Part shown: positions 1 to 13,000 of the stretch, one piece after another
How the letters are laid out: each line of letters opens with the position of its first letter
How positions within the stretch are numbered: position 1 is the first letter of the stretch
DNA from: Octopus sinensis
Taxonomy: Eukaryota
NCBI RefSeq assembly: GCF_006345805.1
Contig: NC_043011.1
Span: 34,732,464-34,796,463, forward strand
DNA: 64,000 bases
Direction of reading: 5' to 3'
The notes under the pieces: model-generated
The model's input: the letters and a program-made list of their open reading frames with translations, nothing else
Told to the model about the DNA's origin: nothing
The model's database searches: none
Translations under genes and position numbers: made by a program

Positions 1-1056
1 TGTACATACTCACAATATACATGTATGTACACATATCTGTGTAAACATTTTGGATACATAATATGTCATTGTGGACGTTCACGTATCTTACATTTTTTCA
101 CACACATTTTGTAGAATTTCATGTATTTTTCACATTTTTACATATATTTTTACACATATTTTAATGTTGAGTTTGTAAAATTTTGGGAGTTATTGAATGA
201 TAAGTTTGTTTAAATCATGTAATGTCCTGGGTACGCATAATACTCATATATCTGTGTGTTGAGCATGAGAACATGTGTCTTATATGTATAAAGTTCATAT
301 GTTGCATATAGGTCGTGTTAAAGGTTAGAGAAGAAAACCTATCCAGGTTGAAGGAGTGGAAAAGTAAGTAGGGGCTCCACTTAGAAATATCAGAGTGTAA
401 AATATTTTTTATGCAAACAGGAACAGAAGATTTCACCCCTGATATTATTTTATTCTTTTATTGTTTCAGTCATTTGACTGTGGCTATGCTGGAACACCAC
501 ATTTAGTCGAGCAAATCGACCCCAGGACTTATTCTTTGTAAGCCTAGTACTTATTCTATCAGTCTATCTGCTGGACCACTAAGTGACGGGGACGTAACAC
601 ACCAGCATCGGTTGTCAAGCGATGTTGGGGGGGACAACACAGACACACAAACATATACATACACACACACACACCACACACACACACACACACACCACAC
701 ACACATATATATGTGTGTGTTCCACTGAACTTAATAAAAAAAGCCCTCCCCATTGGTAAATCTAAATAACAAAGTGAACTCAGTGATAAAAAATCTGCCC
801 ATGAAGAAAGATCTTCTACTACCATGTTCTTACTGATGAAATTCACCTTTCTGTCTATATATCTACCCTCTTTGTAATGTTGGCAAATGGAATAAGTATA
901 AAAATGAACATTGTCAATTTAATTTTTTAAAATTCTATAAGTGGCTGAAGAGTGCTCTACATTTTAAAACTGATGTAATATTTACAATGTTTAATTAAAT
1001 GAAGTAGCATGAAACGATTGTACTACATTACCTTTGGATATCCTTGTTGCTTATTT

Positions 1057-1096
<40 letters not shown>

Positions 1097-1920
1097 CGGG
1101 CTTCTTTGAGTTTCCATCTACCAAATCCACTCACAAGGATTTGGTCAACCCAAAACTATAGTAGAAGATACTTGCCCAAGATGCCACGCAGTGGGACTGA
1201 ACCCCTGAACCATGTGGTAGGTAAGCAAGCTACTTACCACACAGCCACTCCTCCGTCTATATGTACATACTCACAATATACATGTATGTACACATATCTG
1301 TGTAAACATTTTGGATACATAATATGTCATTGTGAACGTTCACGTATCTTACATTTTTTCACACACATTTTGTAGAATTTCATGTATTTTTCACATTTTT
1401 ACATATATTTTTACACGTATTTTAATGTTGAGTTTGTATAATTTTGGGAGTTATTGAATGATAAGTTTGTTTAAATCATGTAATGTCCTGGGTACGCATA
1501 ATACTCATATATCTGTGTGTTGAGCATGAGAACATGTGTCTTATATGTATAAAGTTCATATGTTGCATATAGGTCGTGTTAAAGGTTAGAGAAGAAAACC
1601 TATCCAGGTTGAAGGAGTGGAAAAGTAAGTAGGGGCTCCACTTAGAAATATCAGAGTGTAAAATATTTTTTATGCAAACAGGAACAGAAGATTTCACCCC
1701 TGATATTATTTTATTCTTTTATTGTTTCAGTCATTTGACTGTGGCTATGCTGGAACACCACCTTTAGTCGAGCAAATCGACCCCAGGACTTATTCTTTGT
1801 AAGCCTAGTACTTATTCTATCAGTCTATCTTGCTGGACCACTAAGTGACGGGGACGTAAACACACCAGCATCGGTTGTCAAGCGATGTTGGGGGGGACAA
1901 ACACAGACACACAAACATAT

Positions 1921-1974
<54 letters not shown>

Positions 1975-2320
1975 GTGTGTGTGTTCCACTGAACTTAATA
2001 AAAAAAGCCCTCCCCATTGGTAAATCTAAATAACAAAGTGAACTCAGTGATAAAAAATCTGCCCATGAAGAAAGATCTTCTACTACCATGTTCTTACTGA
2101 TGAAATTCACCTTTCTGTCTATATATCTACCCTCTTTGTAATGTTGGCAAATGGAATAAGTATAAAATGAACATTGTCAATTTAATTTTTTAAAATTCTA
2201 TAAGTGGCTGAAGAGTGCTCTACATTTTAAAACTGATGTAATATTTACATTGTTTAATTAAATGAAGTAGCATGAACGATTGTACTACATTACCTTTGGA
2301 TATCCTTGTTGCTTATTTTG

Positions 2321-2340
<20 letters not shown>
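1..2340. repeat. Tandem duplication, ~1261-bp period
   Basis: tgtacatactcacaatatacatg occurs at 1 and 1262. The 73-aa ORFs at 215-436 and 1476-1697 are identical. Similarity ends in the (TA)n tract near 2330. Confidence 0.9.
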
Positions 2341-2363
<23 letters not shown>

Positions 2364-2740
2364 GATGGGATCTTTTCAGTTTCCATCTACCAAATCCACT
2401 CACAAGGCTTTGGTTGACCCGAAGCTATAGTAGAAGACACTTGACCAAGGTGCCCCGTAGTGGGACTGAACCTGGAACCATGTGGTTGGTAAGCAAGCTA
2501 CTTGCCACTCAGCTACTCCTGCGCCTATGGCTTCTTGCCACACAGCTACGGGTAGCTTTTGATTGGCTCTTGATTGAATGATTCTTTTTATTCTTTTACA
2601 TGTTCCAGTCATTTGACTGTGGCCATGCTGGGGCACCACCTTAAGAGATTTAACTTTTTAGTTTTGCAAAGCTCACATTTGTTGCACTGTCCTCTATGTT
2701 CTTTACCCTTAGCAATTATAAACCAGGTTATATATATATA

Positions 2741-3306
2741 TTGGGTTGTCTGGAAATTTTGTGCTGATTTATAGTAGCTTACCTTTCGATTTATTTTAGA
2801 ACATGGTTGAGTTCATAAAATAGGATTTGGCTACACCTCCATTTAGAGCGCAGTTTAAGCTATCTTTTCGTGGAAGAAGGTTTATGTTCCTATAACCTGT
2901 GTTAATTTTTTAACCCTTTAAAATGGAAGATAAGAAAGTTCATTTTCAGCACTTGATGCTTTGGGAACCAGACAAAAATTGCTGCAGCTTGGCTGGGATG
3001 TGTTACCCCACCCTCCATATTCACCAGATATTGCTCCTTCGGATTTCCACTTATTCAGGTCTCTGCAGAATAGTCTTAATGGTAAAAATTTCAATTCCTT
3101 GGATGATGTAAAAAGATACCTTGACGAATTCTTTGCCATGAAACCACCTCAATTCTGGGAAGAGGGTATTTTCAAGTTAAAGGAAAGATGGAGAGGCACT
3201 GTGCAACAAAATGGTTCATATTTGGTTGATTAAATATGTAATTGCAAGTAGTTATTGCCCTTTTTCTTTCCTTTAAAAATTGGCACGAACTTTCCGGACA
3301 ACCCAA
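2741..3306 (+). mobile_element. Internally deleted mariner transposon
   Basis: TIRs ttgggttgtctggaaattttgtgctgattt and aaattggcacgaactttccggacaacccaa, flanked by TA. The N-terminal MEDKKVHF is fused to a C-terminal HPPYSPDIAPSDFHLFRSLQN...WRGTVQQNGSY. Confidence 0.9.
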
Positions 3307-3728
3307 TACATATGTGTGTGTACATGTGTGTAGTGTGTGTGTGTGTGTGTGTGTGTGTATAAAACAAATAAACAAATCATTATCTGTGTTGTGTAAAATG
3401 AGATAAGAAGTGATGATAAGCATATTTATATCTGTTCTAAATTTCTTTTATCAGTTCGCAGAACCCGGCACTGCAGAAATTATAAAGTAATACACTGACA
3501 TATTTAAGCTTAATGGTTCAGGCACTTCTAGATGCCATGACACAGAATGCCTAAATACCAGTGCCCCTGAATCCCTGGCATCAATGAGTTGAATGTGTTA
3601 TGAACACATTGTTGTCATAAAAAGGAGTTGTTCTTCTGTGACATACAGAGCAACAGCTAGCATACATGTGTTTGAGTCTGACGAAATCTATAAAGAATAT
3701 GCAAATCATCCTTTTATATCTATCTATC

Positions 3729-3759
<31 letters not shown>

Positions 3760-3783
3760 CTATCTGTATATCTATCCATTTGT

Positions 3784-3815
<32 letters not shown>

Positions 3816-3862
3816 CCATCTATCTATCTATCTGTCTATCTATCTTTCTTTCTGCCTATCTA

Positions 3863-3906
<44 letters not shown>

Positions 3907-3932
3907 TCTCTCTCTCTCTATATATATATATA

Positions 3933-4149
3933 TACTCTTTTACTTGTTTCAGTCATTTGACTGTGGCCATGCTGGAGCACCACCTTTTAGTTGAGCAAAT
4001 CGACCCCAGGACTTATTCTTTGTAAGCCTAGTACTTACTCTATCGGTCTCTTTCGACAAACTGCTAAGTTATGGGGATGTAAACACACCAGCATCAGTTG
4101 TCAAGCAATGACGGCGGGACAAACACAGACACACAAACATACACGCACG

Positions 4150-4195
<46 letters not shown>

Positions 4196-4365
4196 ACGGG
4201 CTTCTTTGAGTTTCCATCTACCTACTCAACTCACAAGGCTTTGGTCATCCGGAGGCTATAGTGGAAGACACTAGCCCAAGGTGCCACGCAGTGGGACTGA
4301 ACCAGGAACCATGTGGTGTGGTTGGTAAGCAAGCTACTTACCACACGGCCACTCCTACACCTATT
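3933..4365 (-). mobile_element. tRNA-derived SINE family 1 (head + CORE-like segment + central CA/TA tract + tail), full copy
   Basis: The minus strand reads ggagtggccgtgtggtaag (A-box-like)...ggttcagtcccactgcgtggcacc (B-box-like), then ttgggctagtgtc (CORE-like). Many homologous copies occur in the window. Confidence 0.8.
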
Positions 4366-4399
4366 AGAGAGAGAGAGAGGGAGAAATTGTGAGGTATCG

Positions 4400-5085
4400 A
4401 TTTGAGTCATATAGCTACCATGCTGAATTCCCCACCTGAATTGAAGAACAAGGTATTTCCAGATTTGAGTAATAATTATAATTCACATAAATTTTTGTGA
4501 GAAAGGGCAATTCTTGCTCAAAAAAATGAGACAATAGCAAGGCTAAACCACAAATTAATGAATAAGATTCCAACATTCATATTAAGAAGTACAAATCAGT
4601 TGATTCAGTCCTTGATGAAAATCAAGCTGTCCATTACACAACAGTTCCTTAATTCTCTTGAGCCACCTGGAACTGCTCCACATAAACTTTTTCTGTAGGT
4701 AGGAATCCCAATAATGCTTCTAAGAAATTTAGATTCTCCCAAATTATGCAATGGGTCAAGGCTAATTGTGAAGACATTACCACCTAATGTGGCAGAGGCT
4801 ACCATCATCACTGGATGTGCCTCTGGGGAAAAGATTTTCATTCCAAGAATTTTAATCAAACCAACAGACATGTCATTTGTGTTCAAACAAACACAATTCC
4901 CAGTGCAACTTTGCTTCGCAATGTCTATTAATAAAGCTTAAGGTCAGACTTTGAAATCTCGTGACTTGCTTTTCTCATGATCAGCTTTATGTTGGTTGCT
5001 CCGGGGTTGGTAGTTTGTAAGACTTAGTTGTCTATGCTCCAAACCAGAAAACAAAGAATGTTGTTTACCCAGAAGCTCCTTGGTA
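4400..5085 (+). pseudogene. Helitron RepHel PIF1-type helicase C-terminal fragment, disrupted
   Basis: Translation gives ERAILAQKN...FLNSLEPPG.APH...IMLLRNLDSPKLCNGSRL...FPVQLCFAMSINKA*GQT...QLYVGCS, with stops and frameshifts. Confidence 0.9.
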
Positions 5086-5141
5086 ATTTCCTTCAAAATA
5101 TGTGATAGAATTTACCTCCATTTTCATTTTTTGTTGTTGTA

Positions 5142-5195
<54 letters not shown>

Positions 5196-5196
5196 T

Positions 5197-5410
5197 AGGT
5201 GGCAAGATGGCAGAATTGTTAGCATGCTAGGTACAATGCTTAGCAGTATTTCTCCTGTCTTTACATTCTGAGTTCGAATTCTGCTGAGGTTGCCTTTGCC
5301 TTTCATCCTTTCAGAGTCGATAAATTAAGTACCAGTTGTGTTCTCGGGTCAGTCTAATCAACTGGCCACCTCCCCCAAAACATTACGGGCCTTGTGCCTA
5401 TAGTAGAAAT
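5197..5410 (+). mobile_element. tRNA-derived SINE family 2
   Basis: aggtggcaagatggcagaattgttagc...gagttcgaattctgctgaggttgcctttgcctttcatcc. Homologous to copies at 34745, 45145, 54880 (minus) and 7475 (minus). Follows an (ATT)n tract. Confidence 0.75.
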
Positions 5411-5418
5411 TATCATCA

Positions 5419-5452
<34 letters not shown>

Positions 5453-5454
5453 GC

Positions 5455-5675
5455 GTGGCTGTTGTCGGTACCGCCTGACTGGCCCTCATGCCAGTGGCAC
5501 ATAAAAGCACCCACTACACTCTCGGAGGGGTTGGTGTTAGGAAGAGCATCCAACTGTAGAAACTCTGCCAGATCAGATTGGAGCTTGGTGCAGCCATCAG
5601 GCTCGCCAGTCCTCAGTCAAACCTTCCAACCCATTCCAGCATGAAAAGCAGAAGTTAAACGATGATGATGATGAT
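5455..5675 (+). mobile_element. RTE LINE 3' end fragment
   Basis: cacccactacactctcggag...ttaggaagagcatccaactgtagaaac...gttaaac followed by a (GAT)n tail, matching the 3' end at 27880-28056. Confidence 0.8.
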
Positions 5676-5695
5676 GATGATGATGAATATTATTA

Positions 5696-5737
<42 letters not shown>

Positions 5738-5815
5738 GGTGGCAAGCTGACAGAATTGTTAGCATACTGGGTGAAATGCTTATTAATAATAATAATGATG
5801 ATAATAATAATAATA

Positions 5816-5848
<33 letters not shown>

Positions 5849-6529
5849 TGAAGATGATGATGATGATAATAATAATAACAGTAACCCAAACAACAACAAT
5901 AATTATGCTGTCTTTTATTTTCACAAGCACAATGGATTTAAAAAAATAAAAATAATAACAATAGCAATAATAATTAATAATAATAGTGATGTACCCAGAT
6001 GTCCTTGCCAAGATCCACCATGATAATACTAATATGTCATTCACCAAATGATGTAGCACAACCCACACAATACATTCCCTCCTCAATCAGCCCCACCCCC
6101 AACTCTGAAGTACATAGCACCAACCAAACAAATTCTACAAATGAAACCCAATCACCACCACCACCACCAACACTACAACCACCATCACCACTACTATAAC
6201 CACTACCACCACCACCTTGCCAAAATATATAGCTCAACAACTCACACTTGTATACACACATGCCGTGCGTGTGTGATGTGTGTTTGTATGAGTGTATGTG
6301 TACAAGCGTATGTGTTTGGATATGTGTCTAGATGGAGTACAGAACAAAGAAATATACTGAAATGATATACTAGAAACCACAACAACAGGAAAAATATATA
6401 AGCAAAACCAAATTTTAACAAACTGGCAGAATAATTCTACACCCATAGAAACCCAACACTGTGAAGAGATCAGGAACTAGGAAGTACCATTAATATTCCA
6501 ACTAGCGGTACAGTGAATATTCAGATAAT

Positions 6530-6751
6530 ACTCTTTTACTTGTTTCAGTCATTTGACTGTGGCCATGTTGGAGCACCGCCTTTAGTCGAGCAAATGGACC
6601 CCAGGACTTATTCTTTGTAAGCCTTGTACTTATTCTATTGGACTCTTTTGCCGAACTGCTAAGTTACAGGGATGTAAACACACCAGCATCGGTTGTCAAT
6701 CGATGTTAGGGGGGACAAACACACACACACACACACATACACACACACACA

Positions 6752-6796
<45 letters not shown>

Positions 6797-6948
6797 CATA
6801 TATACAATGGGCTTCTTTCAGTTTCCGTCTACCAAATCCACTCACAAGACTTTGGTTAACCTGAGGCTATAGTAGAAGACACTTGCCCAAGGTGCCACAT
6901 GTGGTTGGTAAGCAAGCTACTTACCACACAGCCACTCCTACGCCTACT
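6530..6948 (-). mobile_element. SINE family 1 copy
   Basis: Same head, tail and central (CA)n tract as 3933-4365, with a short deletion across the B-box region. Confidence 0.8.
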
Positions 6949-7611
6949 ACTGTGGAATATATAGGATAAATAGTAATAATAATTCTTTCTCCTAAAGGCA
7001 CAAGGCCTGAAATTTGGGGGAAGGGGACTAGTTGATTACATCGACCCCAACACCACTAGCGTTTTGCTGGTACTTACTTTATCAACACTGGAAAGATGAA
7101 AGGCTGAGCCAACCTTAGCAACATTTAATAATGACAGAGAGGAATTCTTTGGGGTTTCGATAATTCACCTCTGGAAGCATTGGTGTTTCATTTAACATCT
7201 TTAAACAACCCTCATTCAGGGATCTTTTTGAGCGAGATGGGTTACTTGACTTGAAGAAAATTCTAATTGGACCCCACCTGCAAGGTCATACACTGTTTAT
7301 CTTGATATGAGATGACCACATCTTACACATATCGTTGTGATGCATGTGCCTCATGTACCCTTATCAGACAAGTAGTCATAATGGGTGTACTGGACTTCAT
7401 ATATTTTATCCTAGTGTCATTTTGTTGGCAATAATAATAATAATAATATAATAATATAATAATAATAATAATAATAACCCTTTCTATTATAAGCAGAATT
7501 TGGGGTTAGGGGTGACTAGTTGATTTCATCTACCCCAATACTTGACTGGTATTTATTGTTGTGATCCCAAAAGGATGAAAGGCAAAGTCAACCTCGGCAG
7601 AATTTAATAAT

Positions 7612-7617
7612 AATAAT

Positions 7618-7650
<33 letters not shown>

Positions 7651-7659
7651 AATAATAGC

Positions 7660-7712
<53 letters not shown>

Positions 7713-7735
7713 TAATAATGATAATAATAATAATG

Positions 7736-7783
<48 letters not shown>
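7612..7783. repeat. Compound (AAC)n/(AAT)n microsatellite
   Basis: Directly visible. It produces the poly-L, poly-I and poly-Y ORFs in the track. Confidence 0.95.
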
Positions 7784-7784
<1 letters not shown>

Positions 7785-8155
7785 TACCATTTATTTTCCA
7801 CAAGGGTGAAGGATGATGGGGACAATACAAAATAGACATAAAGTGATAGGGTTTACATATAATGAATTGATGAAACAAAAAGAAATAAAGTAAGTATACA
7901 CAGTATACACTGAAAAAGAAGGGACGTCAGCATAGCATAAAGGTTTTTAAATAAAAAAAAAGTGGCAGGGAAGAAGATAGAGATGTGGCCCTCCTGATAC
8001 AGGAAGGTCGGTGATGATGATGATGACAACAACGACAACAATGACAATGACGGTGGTGTTGGTGGTGGTGGTGATGATTTCTTTTAATTGATATCAGGGA
8101 GCTAGATGAAATGGGAGATAAGGAGGACATACATGAAGTGTAAGGGATTTACATA

Positions 8156-8201
<46 letters not shown>

Positions 8202-8694
8202 GAAAATAATAATAATAATGATGATGATCATAATGACTTATCAGTCACATACCATTTAACCTCATTCTTAATGATTCTTATGAGTTTCTGAATAAATTTC
8301 CTTTTTTTTTAAGTTTTGTTTACATTAGCAAATAGAACCCCAAAATACTGGTGGAGAGTACAAAGGTGAGATACAAAGGAAAACTATCGACAAACTGCAA
8401 CAGAGTGGCTTAGCTGCAATAAAAAGGTGTGGTGAATAATTGTGACAAAGGCACAATGCAAGTGGTGCCTACGGATAGGAGGCCTGTGGACCGTGGATGG
8501 GCCTGGGTTGTCTTGACAGGTAAAGTTATTGTTTCCTTTTGTTTAACAGATTGAAAAAAAAACTGATATAACACTCAGACACCAAAGCTGGGGTACATTA
8601 TACACCCTGGGAGTTTGGATGTATGAGTATTTGAATGTGTACATTGTATATGCGTATGTGAGTATGATCTGTGTGTGTGTGTGTGTGTATGCAT

Positions 8695-9240
8695 ATCTAT
8701 TACATAAAATCCGTTATGTCTGTCTATGTGTGTGTTTTCTAGGATCTCGGGCATCCTCCATCCGATTGCGCTCAAATTTGATATGTAGATACCGACAGTA
8801 TCACTGCGTGTATAAGTTTTGTAAAAATTACAAAAATCGATTCCAGGTGAGAATGCGATCGATAAAGCCGTGGGAACGTGCATTTGCATGCACAAGTACA
8901 TCAGCTGTTGCGATCGATACTACGCATATGTGAGAAAAATGCACGTGCAGTTTGTGCATGAAAAGCCGGCTGGCTTGAAATAATGCCACAAAATGCAGTA
9001 TAATTAAGAGACCAAAAAAGTAAAATGCAAAAGAGATATAACTTGGCATGAAGGAAGGAAAGACTATTTGGTTTCTCAAGATGTTTTTATTATTTGCCTT
9101 AAATTTGTTTAACAAAACCAAAAATTTTATTGAAATAAAGGCATGCTTAAGTATTTTTTAATGTAAAGAAAACACTGATTGCTTTTAATTCAGCAGATAT
9201 GATTCAGCACCATCCATTGGACGGGGGGTGGCATTTTGCT
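8695..9240 (+). mobile_element. Probable non-autonomous Helitron/DINE-like repeat
   Basis: Starts tctattacataaaatccg, followed by (gtct/gt)n and ccgattgcgctcaaatttg. This layout is typical of such elements. The 3' end ggggggtggcattttgct lacks a clean CTAG. Confidence 0.4.
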
Positions 9241-9335
9241 CATATATATATATCATCATCATTTTCATCATCCGGTTAAGGTATATATGCCTATATATAT
9301 ATATGTATGTATGTATATATGTATGTATGTATTAT

Positions 9336-9401
<66 letters not shown>

Positions 9402-9483
9402 AGAATTCACAAAAAAAAAAGACGAGACAGGTGGTGTAGAAAAAAAAAGATGTATTAGTATAACACTCGGGAATTGAAAAAGT

Positions 9484-9519
9484 CTTTTACGTTTCAAGCC
9501 TACGCTCTTCCACAGAAAG
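9484..9519 (-). ncRNA. Hammerhead-like fold with variant core (family G), degenerate
   Basis: Minus strand: cttt-CTGTGGA-a-gagc-gtag-gctt-GAAAC-GTA-aaag. Stems I, II and III close correctly, but the core A6 position is U. Confidence 0.4.
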
Positions 9520-9682
9520 GAACACAGAAAGAAATAAGGAGAGAAAAAAATGTGTGTAGTAGCTACCGATCTATCATATATGTATGTATGTGTGTATGTG
9601 TGTATGTATGTATGTATGTATGTATGTATGTATGTATGTATGTATGCACATATGTATGTATGTGTGTGTATATATATATATA

Positions 9683-10030
9683 TTCTTTTACTTGTTTCAG
9701 TCATTTGACTCTGGCCATGCTGGAGCACCACCTTTAATCGATCAAATCAACGCCAGGACTTATTCTTTGTAAGCCTAGTGCTTATTCTATCAATGTCTTT
9801 TGCTGAACCACTAATTTACAGTGGCATACACACACTAACATCAGTTATCAAGGGATGGTGGGTAAACAAACACAGACACACAAACATAAACACATACACA
9901 TGCGCACACACACACACATATATACGACGGGCTCCTTTCAGCTTTTATCTACCAAATCCACTTGACACTTGCTCAAGGGGCCACACAGTGAGACTGAACC
10001 CAGAACCATATGATTCAGCCACACCTATAT
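9683..10030 (-). mobile_element. SINE family 1 copy, internally deleted
   Basis: Homology to the other family 1 copies. It abuts the RTE 3' tail. Confidence 0.75.
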
Positions 10031-10051
10031 GCATATTTATATATATATATT

Positions 10052-13000
10052 CATCATCATCATCATCATCATTTAGCGTCCGTTTTCCATGCTAGCATGG
10101 GTTGGACGGTTTCAACTGGGGTCTGGGGAGCCGAAGGGCTGCACCAGGCCAGTCAGATCTGCAGTGTTTCTACAGCTGGATGCCCTTCCTAACGCCAAAA
10201 CCACTCCGAGAGTGTAGTGGGTGATTTATGTGCCACCGACCACAGGTGCCAGACGAGGCTGGCGAACGGCCACGCTCGGATGGTGTTTTTATGTGCCACC
10301 GACACAGGTGCCAGACGAGGCTGGCAGAGACGGCCACGCTCGGATGGTGTTTTTTTATGTGCCACCGACACAGGTGCCAGATGAGGCTGGCAGGTGCCAG
10401 ACGAGGCTGGCAGACGGCCACGCTCGGATGGTTTTTATGTGCCACCGACACAGGTGCCAGATGAGGCTGGCGGACGGCCACGATCGGATGGTTTTGTTAC
10501 GTCCCCAAAGCACGGAGGCCAGTCTATGCGGTACTGGCTACGGCCACGTTCGGATGATTTTCGTGTGCCACCGGCACTGGTACCACAAAGATACAAATTC
10601 CATTTATGTTCATCTATTTTGATTTGTTTTGATTTGATTTGATTTTCACTTGCCTCAACAGGTCTTCACAAGTGTCCTTGCCTCAAAAGGTCTTCACAAG
10701 TGTCACAAGAAGGAAGGTATGCACAGGTGGACTGTCTACGTCGCCGGGTCTTCGGATGGTGTCTTTATGTGCCACCGACACAGGTGCCAGATGTGGCTGG
10801 CGAACGGCCACGATCGGTATGGTTTCTTGTGTGCCACGGTACTGAACCACAAAGATACAAATTCCATTGATGTTCATAATTTTGATTTGGTGTTTTCACT
10901 TGCCTCAACAGGTCTTCACAAGTGTCACGCGTGTCACAACACTTGCCTCAACAGGTCTCCACAAGTGTCACACACTTGCCTCTGCCTCAACAGGTCTTCA
11001 CAAAGTGTCACACACTTGCCTCTGCCTCAACAGGTCTTCACAAGTGTCATAAGAGGGAAGGTATGCACAGGTGGACTGACTACGTCGCGGGTCTTTGGAT
11101 GGTGTTTTTATGTGCCACCGACACAGGTGCCAGGTGAGGCTGGCGAAACGCCACGATCAGATGTGTTTGTTGTGCCCACAGCACGGAGGCCAGTCGATGC
11201 GGTACAGTACGGCCACTTCGGATGGTTTCTTGTGTGCCACCGGTACTGGAACCACAAAGATACAAATTCCATGATATTCATCTATTTTGATTTGGTTTGA
11301 TTTGATTTGATTTGATTTTCACTTGCCTCAACAGGTCTTCACAAGTGTCACACACTTGCCTCAACAGGTCTTCACAAGTGTCATAAGAGGGAAGGTATGC
11401 ACAGGTGGACTGACTACGTCGCCGGGTCTTCGGATGGTGTCTTTATGTGCCACCGGCACAGGTGCCAGATGAGGCTGGCGAACGACGGCCACGATCGGAT
11501 GGTGTTTGTTGTGCCCACAGCACGGAGGCCAGTCGATGCGGTACTGGTTACGGCCACGTTTGGGTGGTTTTGTGTGCCACCGGCAATGGTACCACAAAGA
11601 ATACAATTCCACTGATGTTCATCTATTTTGATTTGTTTTGATTGATTTGATTTTCACACTTGCCTCAACAGGTCTTCATAAGTGTCACAAGAAGGAAGGT
11701 ATGCACAGGACTGACTACGTCCCAGGTCGGGGCACGGGTTATGGCATCGGACTAGTCTTGCCGGGTCTTCTCATGCACACATACTCCATAGGTCTCGGTC
11801 TCTAGACATTTCCTTAGTGAGACCTAAAGTTCGAAGGTCGTGCTTCACCACCTCGTCCCAGGTTTTCCTGGGTCTAACTCTTCCACAGGTTCCCTCCACT
11901 GCTAGGGTGTAGCACTTTTGGCACACAACTATCTTCAGCCTTTCTTGTCACATGACCATACCAGCGCAGCCGTCTCTCTTGCACGCCACAACTGACGCTT
12001 CTTAGAGTTCAGCTTTTCTCTCAAGGAACTTACACTCTGACGATTATGAACACTGACATTACACATCCATCGGAGCATACTGGCTTCATTTCTTGCGAGC
12101 TTACGCATATCCTCAGCATACACGGCCCATGTTTTCACTACCATGTAGCATGGCTGTACGTACACACTGCATCATACAGTCTGCCTTTACTCTGAGCGAG
12201 AGGCCCTTTTGTCACCAGCAGGGTATAAGAGCTCTCTAACTTTGCCCAGGCTATTCTTACTCTAGCAGTTACATTTCAGCACACCCACCCCGGCTACTGA
12301 CTTGGTCCCTAGGTAGCGGAAGCTATCAACTACTTCTAGTTGTCTCCCTGGAACGTGGCAGAAGTTTGGTCTCTGCATATTTCCAGTGTTTATTGCTCCT
12401 GAGCATTTGCCACAGACAAAATATTTTCCTAGTTAGCCTTCCTTTGACATTGCTGCACCTCTTATGGTCCATAGCTTACACTTGTGCATCTTATAGAGTT
12501 TCACCTACACCTTTTTTCAAGATCGAGCAGGGCCATCTACCTGAAGGCGTTGTGATTGATCTACCTTCCTACTTATTAGAACTTTGGTTTTGGCTAGGTT
12601 GATTCTAAGGCCCTTCGATTCTAATCCTTGTTTCCACACCTGGAACTTCTCCTCCAGTTCTGATAGTGACTCAGCAATTAGAGCAAGGTCATCAGCATAG
12701 AGGAGCTCCCAGGGCAACCTGTCTTGAATTCCTCCGTTATTGCCTGGAGGACTATGATAAATAGGAGGGGACTGAGGACTGAACCTTGGTGGACCCAACC
12801 TCTACCTGGAATTCTTCACTGTACTCGTTTGCCCCCCTCACCTTACTAGCAGCGTCTCTGTAAACTGGCTTGCACAGCTCTCACCAACCAGTCTTCTATC
12901 CCTAGTTTCTCATTGACCACCAAGATAAGGGGAAACGGGGGACCCTGTCAAAGGCTTTCTCCAAGTCAACAAAAGCCAGGTACAGGGCTTATCTTTGGCT

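Noticed and set aside
3933-4365. A/B-box tRNA-like sequences as tRNA genes
   Set aside because: No complete cloverleaf is present, and they are always attached to SINE bodies.
5999-6446. Pro/Thr/His-rich ORFs
   Set aside because: They are low-complexity CCA/AAT repeats with no splice or domain support.
10010-11641. Recurrent MCHRHRCQ and MPPTQVPDEAG ORFs (also at 20-21.9 kb and 27.5-28 kb)
   Set aside because: They are translations of the RTE 3'UTR minisatellite, not a repeat protein.
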